Shown here: positions 1-9,567 of the stretch, piece after piece | Numbering within the stretch: the stretch's first letter is position 1 | Layout of the letters: every line of letters begins with the position of its first letter | NCBI GenBank assembly: GCA_027022365.1 | Contig: JALVYU010000031.1 | Coordinates: forward strand, 224,001-288,000 | Length of the DNA: 64,000 nt | Direction of reading: 5' to 3' | Source of the DNA: Desulfurococcales archaeon | GTDB taxonomy: Archaea > Thermoproteota > Thermoprotei_A > Sulfolobales > Desulfurococcaceae | Made by a program: the position numbers and the translations under genes | The notes under the pieces: generated by a model | The model's database searches: none | What the model was told of the DNA's origin: nothing | The model's input: only the letters and a program-made list of their open reading frames with translations

Positions 1-51
1 AACCCTACTCTAGACTTGAGAAACAAAGCCTTATAATGGTTACAATATGTG

Positions 52-125
52 CTTCATCGGCCCGGGGCCTCCGGATGAGGCCTCGGTCCACATTAATGCT
101 TCGGTGGATCAGGCCTCTTCATAAA
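52..125. ncRNA. Candidate structured small RNA (GC-rich hairpin between a TATA box and a T-tract)
   Basis: TTATAA at 31-36; stems GAGGCCT(77-83)/AGGCCTC(111-117) and GGTCCAC(85-91)/GTGGATC(104-110); T-rich tract at 128-137; no ORF. Confidence 0.4.
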
Positions 126-143
126 ACTATTTTCTTTCCGATG

Positions 144-689
144 CTATTTAATTTCAATCGCTTCATCAATATCGATCAGTTCTTTATAATCTGCTAGTTC
201 GCCCCCTACTCTCTTCATCCAGCCTTTATTCTTAGCAGCAACATCCATGCTAGTCAGGATCGCAAATGCTTTAAGTGCGTGTGGTAGTTCTTCAGGGAAC
301 ACCCTGCGTGGATCATTTGTTCTTATAAACTCGATGTTTTCTCTCACCCACGGACAGCTACCGCTTACACGTAATGTATTGTCTCCCCAGCCTATGATCA
401 ATGGGTACATCTTGCATGCCAGCGGCTTCTCCTCATGAATTAAACACTTATATCCATCTAGGAACGGGCATTTTCCCCTGATGACCCATTTGTAGAGTAG
501 AACATATGCTTTACCGCCAGAAACATACCCAGCATATGGCCTGAACTCGAGGCTCCCAACCCCTTTCTCTGCGGCGAGCCGCTCCAATAACCTCTTCTCC
601 CACGGAAAAACTAGAGGGGCATCCTCAATATTATTGAAGGTGCAGCACTCTTTACCGCATATAATAAGGCATTTAAACACATTATCCAT
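144..689 (-). CDS. YkgJ/CxxCxxCC family cysteine-cluster (Fe-S/Zn) protein
   Basis: N-terminal CLIICGKECC; later CPFL...CLIHEEKPLACKMYP and a final C, the typical YkgJ pattern. Confidence 0.85.
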   Translation of the reverse strand: MDNVFKCLIICGKECCTFNNIEDAPLVFPWEKRLLERLAAEKGVGSLEFRPYAGYVSGGKAYVLLYKWVIRGKCPFLDGYKCLIHEEKPLACKMYPLIIGWGDNTLRVSGSCPWVRENIEFIRTNDPRRVFPEELPHALKAFAILTSMDVAAKNKGWMKRVGGELADYKELIDIDEAIEIK

Positions 690-698
690 ATCCGCGGA

Positions 699-1766
699 TC
701 ACCTGTATGGTATTATGCACGGGCTACCGAACTTGCCTAGCCTTACTCTCGATCCAATGCTTCCGTTGACCGGTATAGCTCTGAGGGCGACTGGCTTCTT
801 CTTTGTGAGCCAAACCGTGTATGTATCAAGAATATAGTTTGCTAACATCTCTCTATTAGCTGGCACTACCAACATGTCCGGGCCCGCGACACAGGCTATT
901 GATGCCAGAAGGAAGTCCTGCGCCTTGATCCTACCGCGGCATCCCGCGTCTACCAATACTTTGTCCTCGGCGTAAGGAAGCATTACCTCGTTGAACCCTG
1001 TCACCCATGCGATGCGGGCTGCAAGCTCCGATATTATCTTGTTCAAGGACCGTACAGCACTGAGGAACCCTGGCTCGAATACTCCTGTCCTGGATAAATT
1101 CATTATCAGTCTCGCCGTGCTATCGCTCATCCATGGTGAAAGGCTTAGATCCGCGAACGCTGTGACACCCCTAGATCTAATAATCGATAATGGTTTCTCA
1201 AGCATGTCTAGGAAGTCCTCGAACCTTAGCTCTCCCTTAACATGTTTCTCCATCAGATCATTGTAGAGATATGCCAGGCCGTAAGTCCAGCCCAGAGCGT
1301 AGCTAGTGCTATCGGGAAAATATGGTGTCCTGATGGGCTCATTATGTATGGCCACAGCTATCCGGGTAGCCAGGACGGGATCGTGTGAGGCTGCCTCATG
1401 GATTATCCAGCTAGCTGCTCGGGCCCCCTCGGCCGGGCTCCTCGTTATACCGTGTAGGGGAACATAGTATCCTTTCTCGATTAGCTCAGTCACGAGTTTT
1501 GGAGAGACACTTGTTATCTCTAGACCACCGATAGAGACTAGGGTGTGCTGCGGGGGATCGGGGAGAATCGATACTAGGGCTCTGTATGTCTCGACAGGAG
1601 GCTTAGGTAATGTGATCCTGAACGTCCATACATCGTAGCCGTTCTCATGCAGAATATCCTTTATCTCCCCGAGCCTAGTCACGGCTTCCTCGAAGAGGCC
1701 AGCAATGGAATCCCTGCTCCACTCCTCAGGGAAAGGAGTGAAAACTGTAAGCGCCCGTATCTTCAA
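699..1766 (-). CDS. DUF711 family protein (PFL/glycyl-radical-like fold)
   Basis: KIRALTVF N-terminus, TPYFP, DLSLSPW, GFNEVMLPYAED, CVAGPDM; TTG start at 1766 after GGTGG preferred to 1907, which overlaps the next gene. Confidence 0.75.
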   Translation of the reverse strand: MKIRALTVFTPFPEEWSRDSIAGLFEEAVTRLGEIKDILHENGYDVWTFRITLPKPPVETYRALVSILPDPPQHTLVSIGGLEITSVSPKLVTELIEKGYYVPLHGITRSPAEGARAASWIIHEAASHDPVLATRIAVAIHNEPIRTPYFPDSTSYALGWTYGLAYLYNDLMEKHVKGELRFEDFLDMLEKPLSIIRSRGVTAFADLSLSPWMSDSTARLIMNLSRTGVFEPGFLSAVRSLNKIISELAARIAWVTGFNEVMLPYAEDKVLVDAGCRGRIKAQDFLLASIACVAGPDMLVVPANREMLANYILDTYTVWLTKKKPVALRAIPVNGSIGSRVRLGKFGSPCIIPYR

Positions 1767-1806
1767 AACCGCCACCACGCTAGAACTACAGGGATTCATT
1801 AAATAA

Positions 1807-2379
1807 ATGACGTTTATAACACTATCCGTGGGGACAGATTTGCAACTACTAGGAATTGCAAACAAGATAGTGTTTGTACATGACGACTTCATATACGCCT
1901 CGGTCACAGCAGGCCAGATCTACAGGGAGCTCCCATCAATAATACTGAGAAGTATGGATGACAAATCATTCAACAACACGGTCTTTAAGCATCTATTAAA
2001 CATCACGGGAGACGATAAGACAAGGGCCAAAGACCTCTACGGCCCATCCTCTGATGAGACAGACAAGAGGCTGAGAGGATTCATCGAAGAATATAACTCT
2101 GCAAGGCCTTCATCCTCAATAGAGTATTGCCTGAGAGGCCTTCCACGAGAAATCCTTGTTGACCTGATATCAAGGGATCTAATATGGGTTGTCCCCTACG
2201 ACAAGATAGAATCCATAAAGGTAAGGAAGGTAGGCACCCACAAGATCATAGAGATAATTTATCTCTGTCCATACACAATGACCAGACGAGCACTCAGACT
2301 ACTCTATAACGAGGACTTCTATAGGCTAGTAATGAGCCTGATTGGTGAGAAAAATGAGAATGTCCATCGAACTAGCTAA
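1807..2379 (+). CDS. Hypothetical protein (possible PH-like domain)
   Basis: 190 aa ORF; VVPYDKIESIKV resembles bacterial PH-domain patterns; overlaps the next gene. Confidence 0.6.
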   Translation: MTFITLSVGTDLQLLGIANKIVFVHDDFIYASVTAGQIYRELPSIILRSMDDKSFNNTVFKHLLNITGDDKTRAKDLYGPSSDETDKRLRGFIEEYNSARPSSSIEYCLRGLPREILVDLISRDLIWVVPYDKIESIKVRKVGTHKIIEIIYLCPYTMTRRALRLLYNEDFYRLVMSLIGEKNENVHRTS

Positions 2380-3478
2380 GCCTCCATATACCAGAGAGAA
2401 GATAAAGGAGCTGCTGAAAACGATAGAGAGGCTAAATCCCGCCCAACAGTTGGAGGCCCTAGCAGGATTATCTGTGATTATCGATCGCCAAGGAGCTGCT
2501 CCGGATATATATAGGCTTGGAATAAGAGGAGAACTGGCCGAGATCGGCGAAGAATATCTCAATAGGCTACCTCTTAATCTATGCCCACATATATTCAAAT
2601 CAACGCTGATCTCATTCTTGGCAAATAGAATAAGGAAACCAATATCATCCGCCGCATTCCTCGACTCTCTCCGAAGATTACACGGATACATGACATACAT
2701 GAACCCGTTGGCCATACTCTATGTTCTCTGGAAAAACCCTACAGCCGCCAAGAAGTATTTCATTGGCTTCATCGATAAAAGCCTATTAATAGATCTGGCC
2801 AACCCGGATCTAAGATATACCGTTCTATACAGAGACCTCCTAGTTGCATTATCACCAATACTATCCATGGAGCTGTTTAGGAAATATTATGAACCAGTAT
2901 CTATCCCTGAGGAAATCCTCGAGACAGCGGGAGAGATCAACGATAAAGATCTGATGGAACTCCTTGTTAGAACACTAAGATCATATATAAAAACACTTAT
3001 TTCGACCATACAAGTCCTAAGAGCCGCCATTAGAGCTGAGGAGTACTTAGACAAAATGAAGCTTGAGACCACAGGATTAGTGAAATATAGGGATGTACTC
3101 GGCAGGCTCGTGAAAACTAGTAGGAACCTAATGTTGACGAGCCTTGAAACCCTGACAATCCATCCCGAGCCAGTGACCGCGGAAGCACTAGCTGGTATTG
3201 TAAGTGAAGGATTAAAGTTGTTGAGGGAACCGGAGGAACTAAGGTTAGCTCTAAACTTGATACTCGAGGCCAGCCTCACCCCAGAGGATCACGTCAGAGG
3301 TCTAACGTATATTCTTGAGAAACTCGTAGAGATAATCAAAGGTATTGGAAGGAAAGAACTGACAAAACTATGTGGAAACGTTAAGGGCAGAGTATTGCTT
3401 AAGAGGCTCGCCAGACATAATGATAAAAAATGGGTCTCAATGCTGGGGGTTAAATGGGATAAAATATGTACCGATTAG
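2354..3478 (+). CDS. Hypothetical Leu-rich alpha-helical protein
   Basis: Long ORF; ATG at 2354 after GGTGA; amphipathic helices throughout. Confidence 0.7.
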   Translation: MRMSIELAKPPYTREKIKELLKTIERLNPAQQLEALAGLSVIIDRQGAAPDIYRLGIRGELAEIGEEYLNRLPLNLCPHIFKSTLISFLANRIRKPISSAAFLDSLRRLHGYMTYMNPLAILYVLWKNPTAAKKYFIGFIDKSLLIDLANPDLRYTVLYRDLLVALSPILSMELFRKYYEPVSIPEEILETAGEINDKDLMELLVRTLRSYIKTLISTIQVLRAAIRAEEYLDKMKLETTGLVKYRDVLGRLVKTSRNLMLTSLETLTIHPEPVTAEALAGIVSEGLKLLREPEELRLALNLILEASLTPEDHVRGLTYILEKLVEIIKGIGRKELTKLCGNVKGRVLLKRLARHNDKKWVSMLGVKWDKICTD

Positions 3479-6400
3479 ATCCTCTCTAGCATTATGGTCT
3501 TTACCTCGAATCCCCTCAGCCTGACGGGGTTTTCTGTCGTCCCGCGGTTCTTACCGATCAGGTCTGTTTCTCCTACGACTCTGTATTTACCAGTTATCTC
3601 AACCTCTCTTTCTATAGGGTATGGGTTGTAGATGTTAGCGTAAACTATGTTGCCTGACCCCCTTAACCCAGTGATAATAGCCGACTTCTCGGGCTCAATA
3701 GATATGATCCTCTCTCCTATTAACGGCTGTCCCCGCAATATCTTCAGGGGACTCCAGAGCTCATAAGTTATAGCTGGTACCATCGCCCTCCACGTGTCTC
3801 CCTTGTGAGGATACAAGTAGTATGTGACCCTGAACCTACCTATACCGCTATAGGGGTCAGGGATTGTCGGCGCCTTGTGTATTGTCAAGCCAATCTTGCC
3901 GCCGAGCACGCTGTAGCCGTGCTTATGCATAGATATTACCGCTAAGCCTTTCTCTCCATCATTTATATCCATCCATCTAAGTGCAGGGACCTCGTAGAGC
4001 AGAGCATATTTTCTGGGATCCTCCGGCATTGTTGGCCTAGCGACCGCACCGAACGGTATCTCGAACCACGCCTTATCAGCCCATATATCTGGTTCGAACC
4101 ATGCCTTCAAGTACCTGAGCCTGTCCCTCCAATCCAGGTCTAGATCTACCCTGACCGTGTCCACTCCGCTGAACAGGCAAACCCTCATCCTAACCTTTGA
4201 TCTGCCGGTCTTCTTCGAGAATTCGATACAGGCGGCCCCGCCTCCGCCCGCTAGTATTTGTGGCTTGCCGTTAGGCTCTAATGGCTGGCCGTTCATAAGC
4301 CCTGATGGGTCAAGCTCCCATGCATCAAAAACCGGGGGCCTGTCAAGATGTACTAGCAAGAGGTTGCTTGGCTCATTGAGATAGTTGATCCCGCTCTTGT
4401 CTCTGAGCCTGAGTATTTCGCCGGTATCAGACACTGTGAGTTCAAGCGACTCATTACCAAGCCTAATGATTTCTCCGAGATCCACGTATGTGTTTCCTGT
4501 CTCGTTTACTTCTCCGGGCTTGCTCCATGATGCTCCTATACCGGGCACTTTCTTGATCTTTACAGCGTATTCTCCCCATCCTATTGGTACGCAGTACTCG
4601 ATCTTATCCCCGCCTATACAGTGATCTCTAAGCAGTACTATTCCTGAACGGTGCCATGGAAGATCATTATAGATCGTGTATCCCTCACTACCCGATACAA
4701 CATTCCTCCTAATAATCCCGGAAGCAGTATCCAGTAACCCCTCGATCTCCCTTAAGGCATACTCATAGGTTCTAGGAACACTAGTACCCGGTAGAACATC
4801 GTGGAACGCGTGGAGTAAGAGCTTCCTCCACATCTCATCGAGAGCCCTGCCCGCTGTTAGTGCTTCGGATATCTCGGCACTTCTAACCGTCATTTCAGCT
4901 CTGGCGAAACAGTCTTTGATCCGATGATTTGTGGTAAGAGTCCCCTTATGGATCTCTAGGAGAAGATCGCCAGTGATAACCGGTAGTTTGTCTTTGGCTT
5001 TCCTATAAGCCTCGACAAGCTCCTCTTCATCGATATCCTTCACTTTATTCGTCGCGCCGAGCAATTGTTCCCTATAGATCATCATTTCCCATGAGGGGCC
5101 GCCTCCTCCATCGCTGTATCCGTAAGACATGATGATGGGGATTTCCCGGGGGGCCTTTGCTTTTCTATCATACTCTAAGATATGTGATGGTGTGAGGGCC
5201 TCTGCATAGTTTGTCGGTATAGTGTATACGGGTATCTCCGTACCATCAACGCCTCTCCATATAAATGCATGGTGGACAGGCTTGTTTATGATATTCCAAG
5301 TGTTCTTATGGATTACGAGGAGCTCTATGCCTGCTTTAACAAGTAGTTGCGGCAGACTCGACGGGTAGCCAAAACTATCGGGTAGCCAGCCGATCCTAGA
5401 AGGTCTCCCTAGACGCTCAATGAACTCCCTCTGGCCCAGCACCAACAGCCTAGCGAGAGACTCTCCATCAACCATCCACAGGTCGGGCTCTACCAGCATC
5501 CCCCCAACTGGTATCCAGCTCCCCTTCCTTACCAGCTCTTTCACCCTCTGGTACAGCTCAGGTGATTCTTGCTCAAGCCAGTCAAGGTAGAGGCTGCTCG
5601 ACTGGATAAACCTCATGTCGTTCTTCTCGGCAAACATAGCTGCAGTGCTGAATGTTCTCCTTATTTTGCGTCTCGTCTCGAGATAATCCCATAGCCATGC
5701 TGCGTCGAGGTGGCTATGGCCGGCAACGTGTATTGTGTGTTCTAATTTATCTGCAAGGATGCTGGAGAGTAGCTTGTCTAGTTCTTCATTGATCTGATTT
5801 GCCCGCTCTCTCACAGCAGGGTCTGGCTCAAAGACATGGTGTTCTCCAGCAAGGATCTCTGAGCCATAAAGGCCTGCGGCGAGGAAATGATCAAGAACGG
5901 GCTCCGGTATATCAACGCGTTTATTGAACACGTACGGCGATCCGATCCACAGGGTTATTAGGGCGGCAGCCATCTGGATATGGTTTGGGGTTTGACCTGC
6001 TTCGATGATCTTATATAGCCTGTCTATGATTGATCGTTTCTCTTGTTCGCCTAGTTTTTCCGCCAGATCCAGTATTCCCAGCGCCTTTATTCCTGCTTTA
6101 AACAAGTTATTATCTATCCTGGCTAGGTATGAATTGTAGAGGATAAGGTAGGGCTCGTGATCCCCGAAGAGCCTCGTGTTATCGAGGAGGAGCTCCACCT
6201 TGTGCTCTCCCGGCTCGACCGGATAGTACGTGTGATAATCATCTATCCCAGCATAGTCGTTTCCGTCTATCCGTAGGAGGGCATTCCCATTTGTTATGAT
6301 CTTCAAAACCCATGACTGCATGCTCTCGTTCATACTCTCGTTCATAGGAACTTCTATCCTAGTTCTGAGCGTAGCCATCGTTGCTCCTTTTATAACTACT

Positions 6401-6528
6401 GGGAGCTCGTAGTGTTTATCCTCGTATATCCAGTCCGTGACAGGTTTTATCTCGAGGATGCTTGAGGCGATTAAGTCGTAGGCGGCCCGCTTCGCCTTGA
6501 GAACAAGTATCTCTAGGGGGAGCTCCAA
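3475..6528 (-). CDS. Alpha-mannosidase, glycoside hydrolase family 38
   Basis: GHSHLDAAWLW, WLPDSFGY, GYSDGGGGP, LEIHKGTLT, FHDVLPGTS; 1017 aa. Confidence 0.95.
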   Translation of the reverse strand: MELPLEILVLKAKRAAYDLIASSILEIKPVTDWIYEDKHYELPVVIKGATMATLRTRIEVPMNESMNESMQSWVLKIITNGNALLRIDGNDYAGIDDYHTYYPVEPGEHKVELLLDNTRLFGDHEPYLILYNSYLARIDNNLFKAGIKALGILDLAEKLGEQEKRSIIDRLYKIIEAGQTPNHIQMAAALITLWIGSPYVFNKRVDIPEPVLDHFLAAGLYGSEILAGEHHVFEPDPAVRERANQINEELDKLLSSILADKLEHTIHVAGHSHLDAAWLWDYLETRRKIRRTFSTAAMFAEKNDMRFIQSSSLYLDWLEQESPELYQRVKELVRKGSWIPVGGMLVEPDLWMVDGESLARLLVLGQREFIERLGRPSRIGWLPDSFGYPSSLPQLLVKAGIELLVIHKNTWNIINKPVHHAFIWRGVDGTEIPVYTIPTNYAEALTPSHILEYDRKAKAPREIPIIMSYGYSDGGGGPSWEMMIYREQLLGATNKVKDIDEEELVEAYRKAKDKLPVITGDLLLEIHKGTLTTNHRIKDCFARAEMTVRSAEISEALTAGRALDEMWRKLLLHAFHDVLPGTSVPRTYEYALREIEGLLDTASGIIRRNVVSGSEGYTIYNDLPWHRSGIVLLRDHCIGGDKIEYCVPIGWGEYAVKIKKVPGIGASWSKPGEVNETGNTYVDLGEIIRLGNESLELTVSDTGEILRLRDKSGINYLNEPSNLLLVHLDRPPVFDAWELDPSGLMNGQPLEPNGKPQILAGGGGAACIEFSKKTGRSKVRMRVCLFSGVDTVRVDLDLDWRDRLRYLKAWFEPDIWADKAWFEIPFGAVARPTMPEDPRKYALLYEVPALRWMDINDGEKGLAVISMHKHGYSVLGGKIGLTIHKAPTIPDPYSGIGRFRVTYYLYPHKGDTWRAMVPAITYELWSPLKILRGQPLIGERIISIEPEKSAIITGLRGSGNIVYANIYNPYPIEREVEITGKYRVVGETDLIGKNRGTTENPVRLRGFEVKTIMLERI

Positions 6529-6682
6529 TTACGGAACACCTACTTACGACGGACTATTACGTGATCCTGGGTTGTACTCCTTATATTTTAACATAGGGAC
6601 TCCTTTATCCGTAAATAGTTTTATCCCGACAATTTACTAGATTTAATCTATAATACATTATCTGCACCGTGGTAGCTCGGCC

Positions 6683-7966
6683 TTGAAGCTCTCGAGGGCC
6701 AAGGCGATCTATTACGGTCTAGGAAATCTTATGGGTGTTGGCTCAGGACTTATAGTGCAGTGGCTAATGTACTATTATTCACCTCCTAAGAACGCTGGCC
6801 TTACTCCTCTGGCCCCAATAGTTGTCATGGGTATAGTCTTCCTGTTCGGCCGAGCAATAGACGCAGTATCTGATCCATTGATCGGATGGTGGAGCGATCG
6901 GACATACACGAGATGGGGTAGGAGGAAACCATTCATTGTCGCAGGCTGTATTCTGATGGCTTTGAGCCAGACACTGATATGGCTATCACCAGTCCATACT
7001 GTATCGTTGATAAATGCTGTTTATGCCGCTATTATGCTCGGAATATTCTGGTTCGGGTACACGGCCGCGATAGCGCCTTACCTAGCGCTTCTACCGGAAA
7101 TCGCGGAGGATGATGCTGAGAGGATCAGGCTGACGACTTATCAAGCCTTGTTTCTCCAGGTAAGCGTGGTGATTACCGGGCTCATTGTCCCGTTGTTCCT
7201 GCTCCGATACTTGGGGTTCTTCCTGACGTCCGTCGTGCTGACAGCTATTATGTTTTTCGCGATGACGCCTCTTGTACTGACGATCAAGGAGAGGATTACG
7301 CCCGACAAGGTGGCGAAGAAGCTCGGGTTCTTAGAGGCGATTAAGCTCACACTGAAAAACAGGGTTTTCGTAACGTATCTGATCATGATATTTTTCCTGC
7401 AGCTAGCAATTAACATGATGAACCTCGTCCTCCCGTATGGTGTGACTGTGCTGGGAGGGCTGCAGAAGTACTATGTCGGCTACTTCTACATCCCGTTGCT
7501 CATTGTGTCGCTCATCACTCTACCAATATATAGGTCGATATCGGTTAAGTGGGGGAAGAAGAAAGTATTCATGATGAGCATGATCGGTCTATCAGTGGCA
7601 TCTATTGTTGCCTCCTTCATAGGCATAATTCCGGTTAATCCGCTCATAATGATAATAGTCATCGGGGGATTCGTGGGTGTTTTTATTATCCCGCAGTTCA
7701 TGATGCCCAATGCATTCATAGCGGAGATATCCGATCTGGATGAATCGATAACCGGGTATAGGAGGGAAGCAATATATTTCGGCGTACAGGGCCTCATATG
7801 GAAGAGCGCTGCGGGCGTTGCCGCCCTCCTCTCCGGATTTGTTATGAGTAAATACGGCTATAATCCCGGCCATGACCTAGGCGTTAGGCTGGTCTACATA
7901 ATATCGTCTGTATTGCTCGTAGTTGCCGCCGCCATTCTGACTAGGTATAGGGTGGATAAGCACTAG
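6683..7966 (+). CDS. MFS transporter, GPH (MelB-like) glycoside:cation symporter
   Basis: DAVSDPLIGWWSDRTYTRWGRRKPF, IAEISDLDE..GYRREAIYFG; about 12 TM segments. Confidence 0.92.
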   Translation: MKLSRAKAIYYGLGNLMGVGSGLIVQWLMYYYSPPKNAGLTPLAPIVVMGIVFLFGRAIDAVSDPLIGWWSDRTYTRWGRRKPFIVAGCILMALSQTLIWLSPVHTVSLINAVYAAIMLGIFWFGYTAAIAPYLALLPEIAEDDAERIRLTTYQALFLQVSVVITGLIVPLFLLRYLGFFLTSVVLTAIMFFAMTPLVLTIKERITPDKVAKKLGFLEAIKLTLKNRVFVTYLIMIFFLQLAINMMNLVLPYGVTVLGGLQKYYVGYFYIPLLIVSLITLPIYRSISVKWGKKKVFMMSMIGLSVASIVASFIGIIPVNPLIMIIVIGGFVGVFIIPQFMMPNAFIAEISDLDESITGYRREAIYFGVQGLIWKSAAGVAALLSGFVMSKYGYNPGHDLGVRLVYIISSVLLVVAAAILTRYRVDKH

Positions 7967-8886
7967 ATCCTAATGATGCTACCGGTGTGGGCCTCCAAAT
8001 AGTGTTCGGGATAAAGCTTATCTAGAACCTCCTTGATCGTAGCACCACTACAATGTATGGGTGCGATCTTTCCTACGCCTAGATCAACGAGTTTCTCAGC
8101 AATCCTCACACACTCGGAATAACTATATCCTAGCAGGTGGAAGCCGCCTATCACGAGGCGAGGCGGTTCGCCTGTGAAATTTATTTCTTCCTGGACTATC
8201 CTAACTATTCCGGGATGACTACAGCCCACCAGCAGGATCGGCCCCTTATCGCTTATTATGAGCAGTGATTCCTCCCAGGGCGGTCCATATAGTTCTCCCA
8301 GTACGTAGACGCCCTTCATTATCCTTGTTGTATTGTATACCGGGACAGATCTACCACCATACCTTCTTATCTCAGGGGCTAGATAACCTGAATCTTTGCC
8401 CGGAACGTAAACTGGTATACCGGGGTGTACCTTAAGGATGTACGGTAGACCGCCGGTATGGTCACCGTGCAGATGACTGATAACAACAGCCACGATCTGC
8501 TTGGGATTTATTCCTAGCTCCATAAGATTATGCTTCAGTATTGAAGGACTAGGCCCTGTATCAAATAATACATAGCCGCTACTCGTTTCAACAAGTATGG
8601 ATAAACCCCAGGCTGACTCGAGCAGACCATTTGGATCGGGATCATTATCCACAACTACTATCAAGGTTACATTGCCTCCACTAGTAAGCGTGGTAGTGGT
8701 CGGCTTAAATTTCCAAATAATTATTGAAGTACTTGTCTCTTGAATAGTGTTCGTTCCACTGGAGCCGCTGTATGTTGTCGTCTTGGAAATATTGGTTCGA
8801 ACCATAGAAACTTCTTCCATGATATAAGTAGCCACGCTGAGAAGAATGATCAGCAGGAATAGGGCTACGAGATATGATCTCCTCAT
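7963..8886 (-). CDS. Membrane-anchored MBL-fold metallo-hydrolase (COG1237-like)
   Basis: N-terminal hydrophobic anchor, Thr-rich linker, SHLHGDHTGG, GCSHPG, GGFHL, PIHCSG. Confidence 0.88.
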   Translation of the reverse strand: MRRSYLVALFLLIILLSVATYIMEEVSMVRTNISKTTTYSGSSGTNTIQETSTSIIIWKFKPTTTTLTSGGNVTLIVVVDNDPDPNGLLESAWGLSILVETSSGYVLFDTGPSPSILKHNLMELGINPKQIVAVVISHLHGDHTGGLPYILKVHPGIPVYVPGKDSGYLAPEIRRYGGRSVPVYNTTRIMKGVYVLGELYGPPWEESLLIISDKGPILLVGCSHPGIVRIVQEEINFTGEPPRLVIGGFHLLGYSYSECVRIAEKLVDLGVGKIAPIHCSGATIKEVLDKLYPEHYLEAHTGSIIRI

Positions 8887-8982
8887 GTCTTCTCATAATA
8901 ATGCTATGTTTTTTCCTAACAAAAATTTTTATAGTTTGTTAGGAGATACAATAATGTAAAACCTAACTTAGGTGATTAAAGA

Positions 8983-9567
8983 GTGTTAGACTATATAGGC
9001 ATGATGGTAGTATCGCCGAGGAAGAGCATACAGATACTAGTGGCCGAGAAAAGATCAATACTTCTGGGACTGGCAATAGTTATCTTGGCATCACTTGTCG
9101 GCGGCTTAAACCTAGCATACATAGTATCTATTAAGGGTCTTGGATTCGTTGGCTTAAAACTACCTTTCCTGGTAAGTCTATCATCTGTTGGCATAGTGGG
9201 TGGATACATAATACTCAATATCGTCCTCTGGCTAGTTCTCGGAGTCCTCATATATGCGTTTGATAAAATACTTGGGGGAAAAGCATCTCTGGAAACAGTA
9301 TTGCTAGCCTATAGCTACCAATGGCTACCAGTACTCATCACAGGGTTGTTCTCCCCGATATTCTATTACCTAGATACTCTCACGAGTATAGTGGTATACG
9401 TATTACTGCTACTAATAGCACTTGTCTGGGGATATGTATATACTCTTATCACAAATGCTGAAGTAAACAAGTTCTCACTCGGACAATCATTCGCCTCAGT
9501 GCTAATAGCCTACATTATTATCGTGATTACGGCGTTGCCGGTGTCTATGGTAGGAGGTGTGCATTAA
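8983..9567 (+). CDS. Yip1 family membrane protein
   Basis: About 5 TMs; N-terminal SPRKSI, KILGGKAS, AYSYQWLP pattern. Confidence 0.75.
   Translation: MLDYIGMMVVSPRKSIQILVAEKRSILLGLAIVILASLVGGLNLAYIVSIKGLGFVGLKLPFLVSLSSVGIVGGYIILNIVLWLVLGVLIYAFDKILGGKASLETVLLAYSYQWLPVLITGLFSPIFYYLDTLTSIVVYVLLLLIALVWGYVYTLITNAEVNKFSLGQSFASVLIAYIIIVITALPVSMVGGVH

Noticed and set aside
71-120. Fluoride (crcB) riboswitch resemblance (GATGAGGCC...GGCCTCT)
   Set aside because: Lacks the AAAC linker and CUGAUG element, and there is no downstream gene on that strand; no hammerhead core (CUGANGA...GAAA) either.
6319-6345. 12-nt tandem duplication (MNESMNESM) in GH38, and a similar one at about 26176-26199
   Set aside because: Two-copy in-frame microduplications in loops or low-complexity tails; not an array.
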